This document shows positions 59,015 through 64,000 of a DNA stretch of 64,000 bases, piece after piece (position 1 is the stretch's first letter; every line of letters starts with the position of its first letter). The position numbers were made by a program, and so were the translations under genes. The notes under the pieces are model-generated. The model made no database searches and was not told where the DNA came from. It saw nothing but the letters and a program-made list of their open reading frames with translations. This DNA is from Parachlamydiales bacterium (GTDB lineage: Bacteria; Chlamydiota; Chlamydiia; Chlamydiales; Rhabdochlamydiaceae): positions 160,001 through 224,000 of the forward strand of contig OY970065.1 in assembly GCA_963705295.1 (NCBI GenBank). The letters run 5' to 3'.

Positions 59015-59747
59015 CGAAGTTTTTATCTGTCTCGACTGCGAAACAACAGGACTCGATGCAAAAAAAGATCGGATCATTGAAGTTGCAGTCACCAAGTTTA
59101 CATTCACTGAAACTTTAGAGAGTTTTGAAACATTGATCGACCCCGAATGTGAAATATCGGAAGCTTCGACTGCCATCCATCACATCTCCCAGTCGATGGT
59201 TCAAGGAAAGCCGAAAATTCATGAAGTCTTGCCTCAAATTTCACAAATGCTCGACCAACATCTGATTATCGGGCACGGAATCCGTTTAGATTTAAGCTTC
59301 CTTGGAGAGTCGGCAAAAAGATCTCAATTTCCGTATCCATTTGATGCGCTGATAACCATTGACACACTCCGGCTGGCAAGGCTCTATGGAGAAAGTCCCG
59401 TCAACTCTCTTGAAAAACTCCGTGAACATTTTAATATCGAGCCTGAAGGAGCCCACCGAGCGATGAGTGATGTGATTGTCAACATCAGTGTTTTCAAATA
59501 CCTCTCTCAAAGTTTCAAAACTTCCGAGCAAATATTAGACCGTTTAAAAAAACCGATTCTTCTCAGAACGATGCCTCTTGGGAAATATAAAGGTCGTTAC
59601 TTCCACGAAATCCCGATCGATTATCTCCAATGGGCCTCTAGGGGCGATTTTGATATGGACCTTCTCTTCTCCGTAAGAACCGAAATTCAAAAACGGAAAA
59701 AAGGAGAACGGTTCATGGAAGCAACAAATCCTTTTTCACAATTATGA
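58998..59747 (+). CDS. dnaQ: DEDDh 3'-5' exonuclease (DnaQ-like) with C-terminal MPxGKYKG domain
   Basis: LDCETTG, GH...D, HRA..D, MPLGKYKG. Confidence 0.85.
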   Translation: MGHLNNEVFICLDCETTGLDAKKDRIIEVAVTKFTFTETLESFETLIDPECEISEASTAIHHISQSMVQGKPKIHEVLPQISQMLDQHLIIGHGIRLDLSFLGESAKRSQFPYPFDALITIDTLRLARLYGESPVNSLEKLREHFNIEPEGAHRAMSDVIVNISVFKYLSQSFKTSEQILDRLKKPILLRTMPLGKYKGRYFHEIPIDYLQWASRGDFDMDLLFSVRTEIQKRKKGERFMEATNPFSQL

Positions 59748-59768
59748 TTTCTTGTTAAAGTTCTGCTC

Positions 59769-60974
59769 ATGGCTAAATTAACCATTGAAGATCTTCCTTT
59801 GACAGGAAAAAAAGTTGTAATTCGGGTCGATTTTAATGTTCCTCTCAATAAAGATGGATCGATTGCCGATGACACCCGCATCCGTGAATCGATCCCGACA
59901 ATCGATTATGCCCTTAAAAAAGGTGCCGCGGTCATCTTGATGAGTCACATGGGACGTCCTAAATCCAAAAATGACGTCAAATTGTCCCTCGGAATTTGCG
60001 CCAAAAAACTATCGCAACTGATTGCGGCGCCTGTTTTATTTGTACCTGATTCCGTTGGGAAAGAGGTCGAGAAGATGGCCGGAGAGCTCAAAGGGGGACA
60101 AGTTCTTCTTTTAGAAAATCTCCGATTTTATCCTGCAGAAGAAGATCCTTCCAAAGATCCGAATTTTGCCAAAGAGCTTTCCAAACTCGGTGATTTTTAT
60201 GTGAATGATGCTTTTGCAACAGCCCACCGAGCCCATTCCTCTACAGCCACTATCGCACACTACTTTCCCGGAAAAGCAGCGATGGGTTTTCTCATGAAAA
60301 AAGAGATCGCCCATTTAGAGCCACTCTTGAAAAACCCCAAACCTCCCTTCTTTGTGCTCATCGGCGGAGCTAAAATTTCGTCCAAAATCGGTGTTTTGAA
60401 ATCGGTCTTAAAAAAAGTCGATGCTCTCTACATTGGCGGAGGGATGGCTTACACCTTCTTCAAAGCCCAAGGAATTCCTATTGGAGATTCCATTGTTGAA
60501 GACAGCTCTATTCCTGATGCTTTAGAACTTCTCTCAGAATGCAAGAAAAGAGATATTCCCCTCTTTCTCCCGGTCGATGTCGTGGTAGCAGATAGTTTCA
60601 AAAATGATGCCAAGGCTCAGGTCGTCTCGATGATGGCGAATGGGATTCCTCCTGGATGGCAGGGGATGGATATTGGTCCTGAAACCATAGCGGCTTGGAG
60701 TAGTGATTTCAAATTAGCTTCCACTTTTTTTTGGAATGGACCGGTCGGAGTATTTGAATTTCCCGAATTTTCCAGGGGAACCCATGAAATGGCAAAAGCC
60801 ATCTCTTCCATCCATGGAACAACCGTCGTCGGTGGAGGCGATTCTGTCGCAGCCATTCAACAACTGAACCTCGGTTCAAAATTCACCCATGTCTCCACAG
60901 GCGGCGGCGCTTCCTTAGAATACCTCGAATTGGGTCATCTTCCAGGTATTGACGCTCTTTCCGAAAAAAATTAA
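59769..60974 (+). CDS. pgk: Phosphoglycerate kinase
   Basis: RVDFNVP, LENLRF, GGAKIS, GGGDS, STGGGASLE. Confidence 0.98.
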   Translation: MAKLTIEDLPLTGKKVVIRVDFNVPLNKDGSIADDTRIRESIPTIDYALKKGAAVILMSHMGRPKSKNDVKLSLGICAKKLSQLIAAPVLFVPDSVGKEVEKMAGELKGGQVLLLENLRFYPAEEDPSKDPNFAKELSKLGDFYVNDAFATAHRAHSSTATIAHYFPGKAAMGFLMKKEIAHLEPLLKNPKPPFFVLIGGAKISSKIGVLKSVLKKVDALYIGGGMAYTFFKAQGIPIGDSIVEDSSIPDALELLSECKKRDIPLFLPVDVVVADSFKNDAKAQVVSMMANGIPPGWQGMDIGPETIAAWSSDFKLASTFFWNGPVGVFEFPEFSRGTHEMAKAISSIHGTTVVGGGDSVAAIQQLNLGSKFTHVSTGGGASLEYLELGHLPGIDALSEKN

Positions 60975-61027
60975 AATTTTAATTTCCCTAGGGAAAGAGA
61001 TTGTTTATAAAGGCAGCTCACTCTATA

Positions 61028-62593
61028 ATGAAATCGATCAACCTGGAGCGCATGAGCAATAAGGCATTTGGCGCGTTTCGTGCCTTTCTTTGGCCTGTCT
61101 ACAGAGATGAATATCGAAAATTCATCCCGATGTTAATCATTTCTTTTTTAATATGTTTTAATTATTACCTTCTTCGCATCGCAAAAGACGCTATGCTCAT
61201 TACGGCCCCAGAATCGGGAGCCGAGGCGATTCCTTTCATCAAAGTTTGGGCTATTTTGCCGACGGCTTTCTTGATGACCTTTATTTTCACTCGGTTTTCG
61301 AATTGGATGACACGGCGGACCATTTTTTATGCCATGATTTGGTTCTATATTGCTTATTTTGTGGTCTTTACACTTTTTCTGTATCCGAATCGAGATTTTC
61401 TCCATCCTCACGCTTTTGCGGACTCGTTAGAAGCTTTTTTACCAAAAGGATGTCGAGGATTTGTAGCTTTGATTCGAAATTGGACCTTTACATCGTTTTA
61501 CGTGATGTCGGAAATGTGGAGCACCATGATCATGACAGTCCTTTTTTGGGGGTTTGCCAACGACGTCACCTCTGTAAAAGACGCAAAAAGGTTTTATGGT
61601 CTTTTTGGTGTAGGGACAAATCTTTCGGGCGTATTTGCAGGTCTTATTGCCGCGAGCCTATCAACCCATATTTTTAATCCTTCTCTCCCCTTTGGAAAAA
61701 CGGCGTGGGATCAATCGGTCACTTTCATGAATTTGATCGTGATCGGGACAAGTCTCGCCTGTATGGGACTTTATTGGTGGCTGAACCGCAGGGGGTTGGG
61801 ATATACCGATGAAATTTTAAAAGCCCACCGGGAAGCACCTGTAAAAATGGGCATGCGTAAAAACTTTGCTTACCTTGCCAAATCAAAATATCTTCTCTGT
61901 ATTGCGATTCTTGTCATCACGTTCAATATCGTCATTAACTTAGCCGAAGTTGTGTGGAAGGATCAGGTTAAAAATCTCTACCCCAATCCTGCAGAATTTA
62001 ATGCGTATATGGCGGGTGTTAATTTCTGGATCGCTATCATTGCCGCTTTTATATCGTTATTTATCTCAGGGAATGTCATCAGAGCCTTGGGATGGACTAA
62101 AAGTGCTTTGATTTCGCCTATTTTGACCTTTGTAACCGGGGTTCTCTTCTTCGCAGCTTTGATGATTCCTAAAGAAACACTGCTTGGTATTTGTGTAGCC
62201 CTTGGGACATCACCCATCGCACTGGCTGTCTTCCTAGGATCGCTCCAAAATTGCATTGTAAGAGGGACAAAATACAGCCTTGTCGATTCGACGAAGGAAC
62301 TTGCCTTTGTCCCTCTAAGTCAAGAATCGAAACTAAAAGGAAAAGCTGCCATTGACGGCGTTGGATCACGTCTTGGAAAATCAGGAGGATCTTTACTGTA
62401 TCAATTCCTTCTCATTTCGTTCGGTTCCATCGTCGGAAGTATCCCCGTCGTCGCTCTGCTCTTGCTGGGTTCCATTGGTGCATGGATACTAGCCGTTAAG
62501 GCGCTCGGGAAAAAATTCCATAACCTCACGTCTGAACAACAAGCCCTTTCCGAAGAACCCCAAGCCACCAAACCCGCCCTAACAGAAGCTTAA
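61028..62593 (+). CDS. Npt/NTT-family nucleotide transporter
   Basis: GAEAIPFIKVW, FYVMSEMW, FWGFAN, AKRFY, KGKAAIDGVGSRLGKSGG. Confidence 0.93.
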   Translation: MKSINLERMSNKAFGAFRAFLWPVYRDEYRKFIPMLIISFLICFNYYLLRIAKDAMLITAPESGAEAIPFIKVWAILPTAFLMTFIFTRFSNWMTRRTIFYAMIWFYIAYFVVFTLFLYPNRDFLHPHAFADSLEAFLPKGCRGFVALIRNWTFTSFYVMSEMWSTMIMTVLFWGFANDVTSVKDAKRFYGLFGVGTNLSGVFAGLIAASLSTHIFNPSLPFGKTAWDQSVTFMNLIVIGTSLACMGLYWWLNRRGLGYTDEILKAHREAPVKMGMRKNFAYLAKSKYLLCIAILVITFNIVINLAEVVWKDQVKNLYPNPAEFNAYMAGVNFWIAIIAAFISLFISGNVIRALGWTKSALISPILTFVTGVLFFAALMIPKETLLGICVALGTSPIALAVFLGSLQNCIVRGTKYSLVDSTKELAFVPLSQESKLKGKAAIDGVGSRLGKSGGSLLYQFLLISFGSIVGSIPVVALLLLGSIGAWILAVKALGKKFHNLTSEQQALSEEPQATKPALTEA

Positions 62594-62604
62594 ATCTTAA
62601 CTCT

Positions 62605-62937
62605 TTAGGCTGCGTCGCGGCTGAGTTGATCGATATCTTTTAAAGCTTTTTGAAGTCTTTTGTCATCCACCTTCTCAATCGCATCGAAATCGTTGACGAT
62701 ATTCCGAATATCTTGGGTCACTTTGGATGGAACTTTCTGTTCATTTGGATAAAGTTTTTTCAAGTAATTTTCAATGTAGACCTTACAATTAGTAAACGCA
62801 GCTGCATACGCCGCGATAAACTTTAATTTACCCTGCTCATCTTGTGTATTATTCCACTGTTTCCATTGCTTAATCATCTCTTGAACCGCGGTTCTTGCTG
62901 CGGCAAGATTAGCCTCGATATACTTATTTGTAGACAT
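62605..62937 (-). CDS. Hypothetical helical protein
   Basis: 110-aa ORF with GGGGGAG SD. Confidence 0.65.
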   Translation of the reverse strand: MSTNKYIEANLAAARTAVQEMIKQWKQWNNTQDEQGKLKFIAAYAAAFTNCKVYIENYLKKLYPNEQKVPSKVTQDIRNIVNDFDAIEKVDDKRLQKALKDIDQLSRDAA

Positions 62938-62979
62938 AACTCCCCCTAAAGATTATATTAATAGTAATACTTTAATTTA

Positions 62980-63417
62980 TCAAACAATTAAATTTGCGAA
63001 AATAAAACCTATTATAAATACTAAGGCTGAGAGTAATAGGATTGATTTTCGGGTCATTTGCGTAAAAACAGCCCAGGCAGCTGCAAGCATCACAAGATCA
63101 ACAGCCAGGGTCACCCCCCTAGGGAAAACAACGACACCCAGGCACGAACAGGGGACCCCAAAGATCGTGCTATAAAAAGAGTAACCCCCCCAAGCGGACA
63201 AAACCAAGATAATCAATCCCCAAACCTTCCAATTTCTTGAAAAGAATAAGAGAATGAGGCCAAGGAGAATCTCTGAAATTCCTATAGTTAGGTAGAAACC
63301 GTTTTGATCCGGCAAAGGATAGATCATCTTTATAAGGGCTGCAACAAACAAAATAGTAGCAATTATTACAGAAATTGAAATTCTAATTCGGGGAACACCA
63401 AAGATGGTTCTATTCAT
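62980..63417 (-). CDS. MauE/DoxX-like membrane protein
   Basis: LF.AA..K, E..LG..L, PCSCLG motif, several TMs; likely ATG 63417. Confidence 0.65.
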   Translation of the reverse strand: MNRTIFGVPRIRISISVIIATILFVAALIKMIYPLPDQNGFYLTIGISEILLGLILLFFSRNWKVWGLIILVLSAWGGYSFYSTIFGVPCSCLGVVVFPRGVTLAVDLVMLAAAWAVFTQMTRKSILLLSALVFIIGFIFANLIV

Positions 63418-63495
63418 AACTTCATTTTTGCAGATTAATTTTTTTAAAAAAATTATTATTTTCTTTTTTTTAAAGATTGGGAGTAAACTGGAGGG

Positions 63496-64000
63496 ATGGA
63501 AGCTTTGATAGAATGGGTGTTGAAACACGCGCAGCATGCTCATTGGTATGTATTTGGAGCTATTTTGCTAGCCGGCTTCAATATTCCGATCAGTGCCGAC
63601 ATCCTCATCGTATGTGCCAGCTTTCTTGCGGCTAGCGTGATACCCGAGCATTTATGGCACCTCTATTTTGCCGTTTTTTTCGGGTGTTACTTCTCGGCTT
63701 GGATTGCTTATTGGTTCGGTCGTTTATTGGGGAAGAAGTTTTATCAATTCAAATGGTTCTCGAGGTTTTTCCCCCCTCAGAAATTGGATAAAATTCAGCA
63801 ATTTTATAGCAGGCATGGACTTTTGACCCTTCTTTTAGGAAGATTTATCCCTTTTGGCGTCCGCAATTGCATTTTTATGTCGAGTGGTATGAGTCGGTTT
63901 TCCTTTCTCAAATTTGCGATCTGGGACTTTTTCGCCTGCTCAATGTGGACGGGAATTTCGTTTTACACTTTTTTGACTTTGGGGCATCATTATCAAGAGC
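63496..64000 (+). CDS. DedA-family membrane protein (runs off window)
   Basis: Manual translation MEALIEWVLKHAQHAHWYVF...LAGFNIPISAD...GRFIPFGVRN. Confidence 0.88.
   Translation, partial: MEALIEWVLKHAQHAHWYVFGAILLAGFNIPISADILIVCASFLAASVIPEHLWHLYFAVFFGCYFSAWIAYWFGRLLGKKFYQFKWFSRFFPPQKLDKIQQFYSRHGLLTLLLGRFIPFGVRNCIFMSSGMSRFSFLKFAIWDFFACSMWTGISFYTFLTLGHHYQE

Noticed and set aside
22..63240. Many short antisense or alternate-frame ORFs in the track (e.g. 694-1080, 50990-51595, 57476-57955)
   Set aside because: Shadows of well-supported genes; no recognisable motifs or RBS

Overview
Chromosomal segment of an environmental Chlamydiota bacterium. Support for this: euo, an Npt/NTT nucleotide transporter, a UhpC-type hexose-phosphate transporter, Mip, Tsp, a giant fused SecDF, a DUF2709-like protein, and chlamydia-like gene blocks (lnt-lpxC-fabZ-lpxA-fmt, hisS-aspS-mip-trmL, uppS-cdsA-cmk-plsC, secDF-recJ-euo). 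About 55 mostly housekeeping genes and one tRNA-Leu(CAG) are interrupted by accessory patches. (1) Best candidate for a new system: a two-gene cassette abutting tRNA-Leu that encodes an XRE-type HTH protein and a 901-aa caspase-like protease + STAND NTPase + TPR protein (NLR/apoptosome-like architecture), with flanking inverted repeats. (2) A tandem array of four paralogues carrying five copies of an unrecognised ~110-aa domain between tsp and gltX. (3) A type IIIA H+-ATPase, a DHCR24-like FAD oxidase and an ATP-grasp gene. (4) An LRR-like/ankyrin protein. A 163-bp MITE-like palindrome supplies the ATPase stop codon, and 22-bp collapsed copies of its ends occur twice more, once inside the lptE signal peptide. 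Two small ORFs missing from the ORF track were found. All calls come from motif recognition by eye; no database searches were run.
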